Assembly (NCBI GenBank): GCA_021613535.1
Contig: CP075493.1
Coordinates: 18,082,848 to 18,146,847, forward strand
Length of the DNA stretch: 64,000 bases
From: Adineta vaga
Taxonomy: Eukaryota; Animalia; Rotifera
Direction of reading: 5' to 3'
Below are positions 23,136-35,100 of this stretch, piece by piece; the first letter of the stretch is position 1, and every line of letters begins with the position of its first letter. A model generated the notes under the pieces. That model searched no databases, was not told the DNA's origin, and saw nothing but the letters and a program-made list of their open reading frames with translations. The position numbers and the translations under genes are program-made.

Positions 23136-26100
23136 TGAGGCATATCACAATGGGTGAGGGTGCTTCGAAAACGTGTTGCCTTTGATGAAAAATTTCATTT
23201 GATGCTACATTTGACTGATGTGCGCCGGAGGTGTGCGCTGTGCGCCGTGCGCCGTGTGTTTTCCTATAGAGCAATGTTAGCCGATGACCTGTAGCGCACA
23301 TTGATATTTTCTCTTGTATTGATAAAAAACCTTCGAAATGATCTCGATTTCTCATCAATACACACTTGTTCTCTATCTTATCATCTTGCCAGAGAGAGAA
23401 TACATATCTCTTCTCTCTTTGCTGCCTCATTCTCCTTGTCCTTGTGCTCAGCTGGCCCTTCGGGCCATGCTTCGCTTCTTTTTCTTTGAAATTTTCTGGA
23501 TTTCTCATCAAAATGCTTGATATCATTCATGTCTTTGTTAGATGATATCTTTCTTGAACATTCACTCTCTGTAATTGTTGATATATGCACACACTTCAAC
23601 AAAGATGTCTCCTCAACAAGTCTTTTGAGCTATATCTCGATAGAATGGGTGAGGGTGTGGGTGGATGTATGAGGGCATATCACAATGGGTGAGGGTGCTT
23701 CGAAAACGTGTTGCCTTTGATGAAAAATTTCATTTGATGCTACATTTGACTGATGTGCGCCGGAGGTGTGCGCTGTGCGCCGTGCGCCGTGTGTTTTCCT
23801 ATAGAGCAATGTTAGCCGATGACCTGTAGCGCACATTGATATTTTCTCTTGTATTGATAAAAAACCTTCGAAATGATCTCGATTTCTCATCAATACACAC
23901 TTGTTCTCTATCTTATCATCTTGCCAGAGAGAGAATACATATCTCTTCTCTCTTTGCTGCCTCATTCTCCTTGTCCTTGTGCTCAGCTGGCCCTTCGGGC
24001 CATGCTTCGCTTCTTTTTCTTTGAAATTTTCTGGATTTCTCATCAAAATGCTTGATATCATTCATGTCTTTGTTAGATGATATCTTTCTTGAACATTCAC
24101 TCTCTGTAATTGTTGATATATGCACACACTTCAACAAAGATGTCTCCTCAACAAGTCTTTTGAGCTATATCTCGATAGAATGGGTGAGGGTGTGGGTGGA
24201 TGTATGAGGGCATATCACAATGGGTGAGGGTGCTTCGAAAACGTGTTGCCTTTGATGAAAAATTTCATTTCGTGCTACATTTGACTGATGTCCGCCGGAG
24301 GTGTGCTCCGGACCTGTGCTCCGTGTGTTTTCCTATAGAGCAGTGTTAGCTGATGAACTGTGGAGCACATTGATATTTTCTCTTGTATTGATAGAAAATC
24401 TTCGAAATTTTCTGGATTTCTCATCAATACACACTTGTTCTCTATCGTATCATCTTGCCGGAGAGAGAATACATATCTCTTCTCTCTTTGCTGCCTCATT
24501 CTCCTTGTCCTTGTGCTCAGCTGGCCCTTCGGGCCATGCTTCGCTTCTTTTTCTTTGAAATTTTCTGGATTTCTCATCAAAATGCTTGATATCATTCATG
24601 TCTTTGTTAGATGATATCTTTCTTGAACATTCACTCTCTGTAATTGTTGATATATGCACACACTTCAACAAAGATGTCTCCTCAACAAGTCTTTTGAGCT
24701 ATATCTCGATAGAATGGGTGAGGGTGTGGGTGGATGTATGAGGGCATATCACAATGGGTGAGGGTGCTTCGAAAACGTGTTGCCTTTGATGAAAAATTTC
24801 ATTTGATGCTACATTTGACTGATGTGCGCCGGAGGTGTGCGCTGTGCGCCGTGCGCCGTGTGTTTTCCTATAGAGCAATGTTAGCCGATGACCTGTAGCG
24901 CACATTGATATTTTCTCTTGTATTGATAAAAAACCTTCGAAATGATCTCGATTTCTCATCAATACACACTTGTTCTCTATCTTATCATCTTGCCAGAGAG
25001 AGAATACATATCTCTTCTCTCTTTGCTGCCTCATTCTCCTTGTCCTTGTGCTCAGCTGGCCCTTCGGGCCATGCTTCGCTTCTTTTTCTTTGAAATTTTC
25101 TGGATTTCTCATCAAAATGCTTGATATCATTCATGTCTTTGTTAGATGATATCTTTCTTGAACATTCACTCTCCTGTAATTGTTGATATATGCACACACT
25201 TCAACAAAGATGTCTCCTCAACAAGTCTTTTGAGCTATATCTCGATAGAATGGGTGAGGGTGTGGGTGGATGTATGAGGGCATATCACAATGGGTGAGGG
25301 TGCTTCGAAAACGTGTTGCCTTTGATGAAAAATTTCATTTGATGCTACATTTGACTGATGTGCGCCGGAGGTGTGCGCTGTGCGCCGTGCGCCGTGTGTT
25401 TTCCTATAGAGCAATGTTAGCCGATGACCTGTAGCGCACATTGATATTTTCTCTTGTATTGATAAAAAACCTTCGAAATGATCTCGATTTCTCATCAATA
25501 CACACTTGTTCTCTATCTTATCATCTTGCCAGAGAGAGAATACATATCTCTTCTCTCTTTGCTGCCTCATTCTCCTTGTCCTTGTGCTCAGCTGGCCCTT
25601 CGGGCCATGCTTCGCTTCTTTTTCTTTGAAATTTTCTGGATTTCTCATCAAAATGCTTGATATCATTCATGTCTTTGTTAGATGATATCTTTCTTGAACA
25701 TTCACTCTCTGTAATTGTTGATATATGCACACACTTCAACAAAGATGTCTCCTCAACAAGTCTTTTGAGCTATATCTCGATAGAATGGGTGAGGGTGTGG
25801 GTGGATGTATGAGGGCATATCACAATGGGTGAGGGTGCTTCGAAAACGTGTTGCCTTTGATGAAAAATTTCATTTGATGCTACATTTGACTGATGTGCGC
25901 CGGAGGTGTGCGCTGTGCGCCGTGCGCCGTGTGTTTTCCTATAGAGCAATGTTAGCCGATGACCTGTAGCGCACATTGATATTTTCTCTTGTATTGATAA
26001 AAAACCTTCGAAATGATCTCGATTTCTCATCAATACACACTTGTTCTCTATCTTATCATCTTGCCAGAGAGAGAATACATATCTCTTCTCTCTTTGCTGC

Positions 26101-29100
26101 CTCATTCTCCTTGTCCTTGTGCTCAGCTGGCCCTTCGGGCCATGCTTCGCTTCTTTTTCTTTGAAATTTTCTGGATTTCTCATCAAAATGCTTGATATCA
26201 TTCATGTCTTTGTTAGATGATATCTTTCTTGAACATTCACTCTCTGTAATTGTTGATATATGCACACACTTCAACAAAGATGTCTCCTCAACAAGTCTTT
26301 TGAGCTATATCTCGATAGAATGGGTGAGGGTGTGGGTGGATGTATGAGGGCATATCACAATGGGTGAGGGTGCTTCGAAAACGTGTTGCCTTTGATGAAA
26401 AAATTTCATTTGATGCTACATTTGACTGATGTGCGCCGGAGGTGTGCGCTGTGCGCCGTGCGCCGTGTGTTTTCCTATAGAGCAATGTTAGCCGATGACC
26501 TGTAGCGCACATTGATATTTTCTCTTGTATTGATAAAAAACCTTCGAAATGATCTCGATTTCTCATCAATACACACTTGTTCTCTATCTTATCATCTTGC
26601 CAGAGAGAGAATACATATCTCTTCTCTCTTTGCTGCCTCATTCTCCTTGTCCTTGTGCTCAGCTGGCCCTTCGGGCATGCTTCGCTTCTTTTTCTTTGAA
26701 ATTTTCTGGATTTCTCATCAAAATGCTTGATATCATTCATGTCTTTGTTAGATGATATCTTTCTTGAACATTCACTCTCTGTAATTGTTGATATATGCAC
26801 ACACTTCAACAAAGATGTCTCCTCAACAAGTCTTTTGAGCTATATCTCGATAGAATGGGTGAGGGTGTGGGTGGATGTATGAGGGCATATCACAATGGGT
26901 GAGGGTGCTTCGAAAACGTGTTGCCTTTGATGAAAAATTTCATTTGATGCTACATTTGACTGATGTGCGCCGGAGGTGTGCGCTGTGCGCCGTGCGCCGT
27001 GTGTTTTCCTATAGAGCAATGTTAGCCGATGACCTGTAGCGCACATTGATATTTTCTCTTGTATTGATAAAAAACCTTCGAAATGATCTCGATTTCTCAT
27101 CAATACACACTTGTTCTCTATCTTATCATCTTGCCAGAGAGAGAATACATATCTCTTCTCTCTTTGCTGCCTCATTCTCCTTGTCCTTGTGCTCAGCTGG
27201 CCCTTCGGGCCATGCTTCGCTTCTTTTTCTTTGAAATTTTCTGGATTTCTCATCAAAATGCTTGATATCATTCATGTCTTTGTTAGATGATATCTTTCTT
27301 GAACATTCACTCTCTGTAATTGTTGATATATGCACACACTTCAACAAAGATGTCTCCTCAACAAGTCTTTTGAGCTATATCTCGATAGAATGGGTGAGGG
27401 TGTGGGTGGATGTATGAGGGCATATCACAATGGGTGAGGGTGCTTCGAAAACGTGTTGCCTTTGATGAAAAATTTCATTTGATGCTACATTTGACTGATG
27501 TGCGCCGGAGGTGTGCGCTGTGCGCCGTGCGCCGTGTGTTTTCCTATAGAGCAATGTTAGCCGATGACCTGTAGCGCACATTGATATTTTCTCTTGTATT
27601 GATAAAAAACCTTCGAAATGATCTCGATTTCTCATCAATACACACTTGTTCTCTATCTTATCATCTTGCCAGAGAGAGAATACATATCTCTTCTCTCTTT
27701 GCTGCCTCATTCTCCTTGTCCTTGTGCTCAGCTGGCCCTTCGGGCCATGCTTCGCTTCTTTTTCTTTGAAATTTTCTGGATTTCTCATCAAAATGCTTGA
27801 TATCATTCATGTCTTTGTTAGATGATATCTTTCTTGAACATTCACTCTCTGTAATTGTTGATATATGCACACACTTCAACAAAGATGTCTCCTCAACAAG
27901 TCTTTTGAGCTATATCTCGATAGAATGGGTGAGGGTGTGGGTGGATGTATGAGGGCATATCACAATGGGTGAGGGTGCTTCGAAAACGTGTTGCCTTTGA
28001 TGAAAAATTTCATTTGATGCTACATTTGACTGATGTGCGCCGGAGGTGTGCGCTGTGCGCCGTGCGCCGTGTGTTTTCCTATAGAGCAATGTTAGCCGAT
28101 GACCTGTAGCGCACATTGATATTTTCTCTTGTATTGATAAAAAACCTTCGAAATGATCTCGATTTCTCATCAATACACACTTGTTCTCTATCTTATCATC
28201 TTGCCAGAGAGAGAATACATATCTCTTCTCTCTTTGCTGCCTCATTCTCCTTGTCCTTGTGCTCAGCTGGCCCTTCGGGCCATGCTTCGCTTCTTTTTCT
28301 TTGAAATTTTCTGGATTTCTCATCAAAATGCTTGATATCATTCATGTCTTTGTTAGATGATATCTTTCTTGAACATTCACTCTCTGTAATTGTTGATATA
28401 TGCACACACTTCAACAAAGATGTCTCCTCAACAAGTCTTTTGAGCTATATCTCGATAGAATGGGTGAGGGTGTGGGTGGATGTATGAGGGCATATCACAA
28501 TGGGTGAGGGTGCTTCGAAAACGTGTTGCCTTTGATGAAAAATTTCATTTGATGCTACATTTGACTGATGTGCGCCGGAGGTGTGCGCTGTGCGCCGTGC
28601 GCCGTGTGTTTTCCTATAGAGCAATGTTAGCCGATGACCTGTAGCGCACATTGATATTTTCTCTTGTATTGATAAAAAACCTTCGAAATGATCTCGATTT
28701 CTCATCAATACACACTTGTTCTCTATCTTATCATCTTGCCAGAGAGAGAATACATATCTCTTCTCTCTTTGCTGCCTCATTCTCCTTGTCCTTGTGCTCA
28801 GCTGGCCCTTCGGGCCATGCTTCGCTTCTTTTTCTTTGAAATTTTCTGGATTTCTCATCAAAATGCTTGATATCATTCATGTCTTTGTTAGATGATATCT
28901 TTCTTGAACATTCACTCTCTGTAATTGTTGATATATGCACACACTTCAACAAAGATGTCTCCTCAACAAGTCTTTTGAGCTATATCTCGATAGAATGGGT
29001 GAGGGTGTGGGTGGATGTATGAGGGCATATCACAATGGGTGAGGGTGCTTCGAAAACGTGTTGCCTTTGATGAAAAATTTCATTTGATGCTACATTTGAC

Positions 29101-32100
29101 TGATGTGCGCCGGAGGTGTGCGCTGTGCGCCGTGCGCCGTGTGTTTTCCTATAGAGCAATGTTAGCCGATGACCTGTAGCGCACATTGATATTTTCTCTT
29201 GTATTGATAAAAAACCTTCGAAATGATCTCGATTTCTCATCAATACACACTTGTTCTCTATCTTATCATCTTGCCAGAGAGAGAATACATATCTCTTCTC
29301 TCTTTGCTGCCTCATTCTCCTTGTCCTTGTGCTCAGCTGGCCCTTCGGGCCATGCTTCGCTTCTTTTTCTTTGAAATTTTCTGGATTTCTCATCAAAATG
29401 CTTGATATCATTCATGTCTTTGTTAGATGATATCTTTCTTGAACATTCACTCTCTGTAATTGTTGATATATGCACACACTTCAACAAAGATGTCTCCTCA
29501 ACAAGTCTTTTGAGCTATATCTCGATAGAATGGGTGAGGGTGTGGGTGGATGTATGAGGGCATATCACAATGGGTGAGGGTGCTTCGAAAACGTGTTGCC
29601 TTTGATGAAAAATTTCATTTGATGCTACATTTGACTGATGTGCGCCGGAGGTGTGCGCTGTGCGCCGTGCGCCGTGTGTTTTCCTATAGAGCAATGTTAG
29701 CCGATGACCTGTAGCGCACATTGATATTTTCTCTTGTATTGATAAAAAACCTTCGAAATGATCTCGATTTCTCATCAATACACACTTGTTCTCTATCTTA
29801 TCATCTTGCCAGAGAGAGAATACATATCTCTTCTCTCTTTGCTGCCTCATTCTCCTTGTCCTTGTGCTCAGCTGGCCCTTCGGGCCATGCTTCGCTTCTT
29901 TTTCTTTGAAATTTTCTGGATTTCTCATCAAAATGCTTGATATCATTCATGTCTTTGTTAGATGATATCTTTCTTGAACATTCACTCTCTGTAATTGTTG
30001 ATATATGCACACACTTCAACAAAGATGTCTCCTCAACAAGTCTTTTGAGCTATATCTCGATAGAATGGGTGAGGGTGTGGGTGGATGTATGAGGGCATAT
30101 CACAATGGGTGAGGGTGCTTCGAAAACGTGTTGCCTTTGATGAAAAATTTCATTTGATGCTACATTTGACTGATGTGCGCCGGAGGTGTGCGCTGTGCGC
30201 CGTGCGCCGTGTGTTTTCCTATAGAGCAATGTTAGCCGATGACCTGTAGCGCACATTGATATTTTCTCTTGTATTGATAAAAAACCTTCGAAATGATCTC
30301 GATTTCTCATCAATACACACTTGTTCTCTATCTTATCATCTTGCCAGAGAGAGAATACATATCTCTTCTCTCTTTGCTGCCTCATTCTCCTTGTCCTTGT
30401 GCTCAGCTGGCCCTTCGGGCCGTTCTTCGCTTCTTTTTCTTTGAAATTTTCTGGATTTCTCATCAAAATGCTTGATATCATTCATGTCTTTGTTAGATGA
30501 TATCTTTCTTGAACATTCACTCTCTGTAATTGTTGATATATGCACACACTTCAACAAAGATGTCTCCTCAACAAGTCTTTTGAGCTATATCTCGATAGAA
30601 TGGGTGAGGGTGTGGGTGGATGTATGAGGGCATATCACAATGGGTGAGGGTGCTTCGAAAACGTGTTGCCTTTGATGAAAAATTTCATTTGATGCTACAT
30701 TTGACTGATGTGCGCCGGAGGTGTGCGCTGTGCGCCGTGCGCCGTGTGTTTTCCTATAGAGCAATGTTAGCCGATGACCTGTAGCGCACATTGATATTTT
30801 CTCTTGTATTGATAAAAAACCTTCGAAATGATCTCGATTTCTCATCAATACACACTTGTTCTCTATCTTATCATCTTGCCAGAGAGAGAATACATATCTC
30901 TTCTCTCTTTGCTGCCTCATTCTCCTTGTCCTTGTGCTCAGCTGGCCCTTCGGGCCATGCTTCGCTTCTTTTCTTTGAAATTTTCTGGATTTCTCATCAA
31001 AATGCTTGATATCATTCATGTCTTTGTTAGATGATATCTTTCTTGAACATTCACTCTCTGTAATTGTTGATATATGCACACACTTCAACAAAGATGTCTC
31101 CTCAACAAGTCTTTTGAGCTATATCTCGATAGAATGGGTGAGGGTGTGGGTGGATGTATGAGGGCATATCACAATGGGTGAGGGTGCTTCGAAAACGTGT
31201 TGCCTTTGATGAAAAATTTCATTTGATGCTACATTTGACTGATGTGCGCCGGAGGTGTGCGCTGTGCGCCGTGCGCCGTGTGTTTTCCTATAGAGCAATG
31301 TTAGCCGATGACCTGTAGCGCACATTGATATTTTCTCTTGTATTGATAAAAAACCTTCGAAATGATCTCGATTTCTCATCAATACACACTTGTTCTCTAT
31401 CTTATCATCTTGCCAGAGAGAGAATACATATCTCTTCTCTCTTTGCTGCCTCATTCTCCTTGTCCTTGTGCTCAGCTGGCCCTTCGGGCCATGCTTCGCT
31501 TCTTTTTCTTTGAAATTTTCTGGATTTCTCATCAAAATGCTTGATATCATTCATGTCTTTGTTAGATGATATCTTTCTTGAACATTCACTCTCTGTAATT
31601 GTTGATATATGCACACACTTCAACAAAGATGTCTCCTCAACAAGTCTTTTGAGCTATATCTCGATAGAATGGGTGAGGGTGTGGGTGGATGTATGAGGGC
31701 ATATCACAATGGGTGAGGGTGCTTCGAAAACGTGTTGCCTTTGATGAAAAATTTCATTTCGTGCTACATTTGACTGATGTCCGCCGGAGGTGTGCTCCGG
31801 ACCTGTGCTCCGTGTGTTTTCCTATAGAGCAGTGTTAGCCGATGACCTGTAGCGCACATTGATATTTTCTCTTGTATTGATAAAAAACCTTCGAAATGAT
31901 CTCGATTTCTCATCAATACACACTTGTTCTCTATCTTATCATCTTGCCAGAGAGAGAATACATATCTCTTCTCTCTTTGCTGCCTCATTCTCCTTGTCCT
32001 TGTGCTCAGCTGGCCCTTCGGGCCATGCTTCGCTTCTTTTTCTTTGAAATTTTCTGGATTTCTCATCAAAATGCTTGATATCATTCATGTCTTTGTTAGA

Positions 32101-35100
32101 TGATATCTTTCTTGAACATTCACTCTCTGTAATTGTTGATATATGCACACACTTCAACAAAGATGTCTCCTCAACAAGTCTTTTGAGCTATATCTCGATA
32201 GAATGGGTGAGGGTGTGGGTGGATGTATGAGGGCATATCACAATGGGTGAGGGTGCTTCGAAAACGTGTTGCCTTTGATGAAAAATTTCATTTGATGCTA
32301 CATTTGACTGATGTGCGCCGGAGGTGTGCGCTGTGCGCCGTGCGCCGTGTGTTTTCCTATAGAGCAATGTTAGCCGATGACCTGTAGCGCACATTGATAT
32401 TTTCTCTTGTATTGATAAAAAACCTTCGAAATGATCTCGATTTCTCATCAATACACACTTGTTCTCTATCTTATCATCTTGCCAGAGAGAGAATACATAT
32501 CTCTTCTCTCTTTGCTGCCTCATTCTCCTTGTCCTTGTGCTCAGCTGGCCCTTCGGGCCATGCTTCGCTTCTTTTTCTTTGAAATTTTCTGGATTTCTCA
32601 TCAAAATGCTTGATATCATTCATGTCTTTGTTAGATGATATCTTTCTTGAACATTCACTCTCTGTAATTGTTGATATATGCACACACTTCAACAAAGATG
32701 TCTCCTCAACAAGTCTTTTGAGCTATATCTCGATAGAATGGGTGAGGGTGTGGGTGGATGTATGAGGGCATATCACAATGGGTGAGGGTGCTTCGAAAAC
32801 GTGTTGCCTTTGATGAAAAATTTCATTTGATGCTACATTTGACTGATGTGCGCCGGAGGTGTGCGCTGTGCGCCGTGCGCCGTGTGTTTTCCTATAGAGC
32901 AATGTTAGCCGATGACCTGTAGCGCACATTGATATTTTCTCTTGTATTGATAAAAAACCTTCGAAATGATCTCGATTTCTCATCAATACACACTTGTTCT
33001 CTATCTTATCATCTTGCCAGAGAGAGAATACATATCTCTTCTCTCTTTGCTGCCTCATTCTCCTTGTCCTTGTGCTCAGCTGGCCCTTCGGGCCATGCTT
33101 CGCTTCTTTTTCTTTGAAATTTTCTGGATTTCTCATCAAAATGCTTGATATCATTCATGTCTTTGTTAGATGATATCTTTCTTGAACATTCACTCTCTGT
33201 AATTGTTGATATATGCACACACTTCAACAAAGATGTCTCCTCAACAAGTCTTTTGAGCTATATCTCGATAGAATGGGTGAGGGTGTGGGTGGATGTATGA
33301 GGGCATATCACAATGGGTGAGGGTGCTTCGAAAACGTGTTGCCTTTGATGAAAAATTTCATTTGATGCTACATTTGACTGATGTGCGCCGGAGGTGTGCG
33401 CTGTGCGCCGTGCGCCGTGTGTTTTCCTATAGAGCAATGTTAGCCGATGACCTGTAGCGCACATTGATATTTTCTCTTGTATTGATAAAAAACCTTCGAA
33501 ATGATCTCGATTTCTCATCAATACACACTTGTTCTCTATCTTATCATCTTGCCAGAGAGAGAATACATATCTCTTCTCTCTTTGCTGCCTCATTCTCCTT
33601 GTCCTTGTGCTCAGCTGGCCCTTCGGGCCATGCTTCGCTTCTTTTTCTTTGAAATTTTCTGGATTTCTCATCAAAATGCTTGATATCATTCATGTCTTTG
33701 TTAGATGATATCTTTCTTGAACATTCACTCTCTGTAATTGTTGATATATGCACACACTTCAACAAAGATGTCTCCTCAACAAGTCTTTTGAGCTATATCT
33801 CGATAGAATGGGTGAGGGTGTGGGTGGATGTATGAGGGCATATCACAATGGGTGAGGGTGCTTCGAAAACGTGTTGCCTTTGATGAAAAATTTCATTTGA
33901 TGCTACATTTGACTGATGTGCGCCGGAGGTGTGCGCTGTGCGCCGTGCGCCGTGTGTTTTCCTATAGAGCAATGTTAGCCGATGACCTGTAGCGCACATT
34001 GATATTTTCTCTTGTATTGATAAAAAACCTTCGAAATGATCTCGATTTCTCATCAATACACACTTGTTCTCTATCTTATCATCTTGCCAGAGAGAGAATA
34101 CATATCTCTTCTCTCTTTGCTGCCTCATTCTCCTTGTCCTTGTGCTCAGCTGGCCCTTCGGGCCATGCTTCGCTTCTTTTCTTTTTGAAATTTTCTGGAT
34201 TTCTCATCAAAATGCTTGATATCATTCATGTCTTTGTTAGATGATATCTTTCTTGAACATTCACTCTCTGTAATTGTTGATATATGCACACACTTCAACA
34301 AAGATGTCTCCTCAACAAGTCTTTTGAGCTATATCTCGATAGAATGGGTGAGGGTGTGGGTGGATGTATGAGGGCATATCACAATGGGTGAGGGTGCTTC
34401 GAAAACGTGTTGCCTTTGATGAAAAATTTCATTTGATGCTACATTTGACTGATGTGCGCCGGAGGTGTGCGCTGTGCGCCGTGCGCCGTGTGTTTTCCTA
34501 TAGAGCAATGTTAGCCGATGACCTGTAGCGCACATTGATATTTTCTCTTGTATTGATAAAAAACCTTCGAAATGATCTCGATTTCTCATCAATACACACT
34601 TGTTCTCTATCTTATCATCTTGCCAGAGAGAGAATACATATCTCTTCTCTCTTTGCTGCCTCATTCTCCTTGTCCTTGTGCTCAGCTGGCCCTTCGGGCC
34701 ATGCTTCGCTTCTTTTTCTTTGAAATTTTCTGGATTTCTCATCAAAATGCTTGATATCATTCATGTCTTTGTTAGATGATATCTTTCTTGAACATTCACT
34801 CTCTGTAATTGTTGATATATGCACACACTTCAACAAAGATGTCTCCTCAACAAGTCTTTTGAGCTATATCTCGATAGAATGGGTGAGGGTGTGGGTGGAT
34901 GTATGAGGGCATATCACAATGGGTGAGGGTGCTTCGAAAACGTGTTGCCTTTGATGAAAAATTTCATTTGATGCTACATTTGACTGATGTGCGCCGGAGG
35001 TGTGCGCTGTGCGCCGTGCGCCGTGTGTTTTCCTATAGAGCAATGTTAGCCGATGACCTGTAGCGCACATTGATATTTTCTCTTGTATTGATAAAAAACC

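Noticed and set aside
23140-23165. The unit as the telomerase RNA gene itself
   Set aside because: An 11-nt template-like stretch is present, but I could not identify a pseudoknot, CR4/5 or H/ACA domain by eye, and telomeric tracts are common in subtelomeric repeats.
23316-23362. Hammerhead-like TTGATGA-GAAAT...ATTTC-GAAG on the minus strand of each unit, and CTGATGAGAAC...GTTC near 22960
   Set aside because: The core is wrong (U instead of C3, GAAG or AAAG instead of GAAA) and there is no valid stem I/III, so it is not called a ribozyme. A degenerate origin cannot be excluded.
23453-23467. Histone 3' stem-loop
   Set aside because: The loop is 3 nt rather than the 4-nt consensus, and no histone ORF is present.
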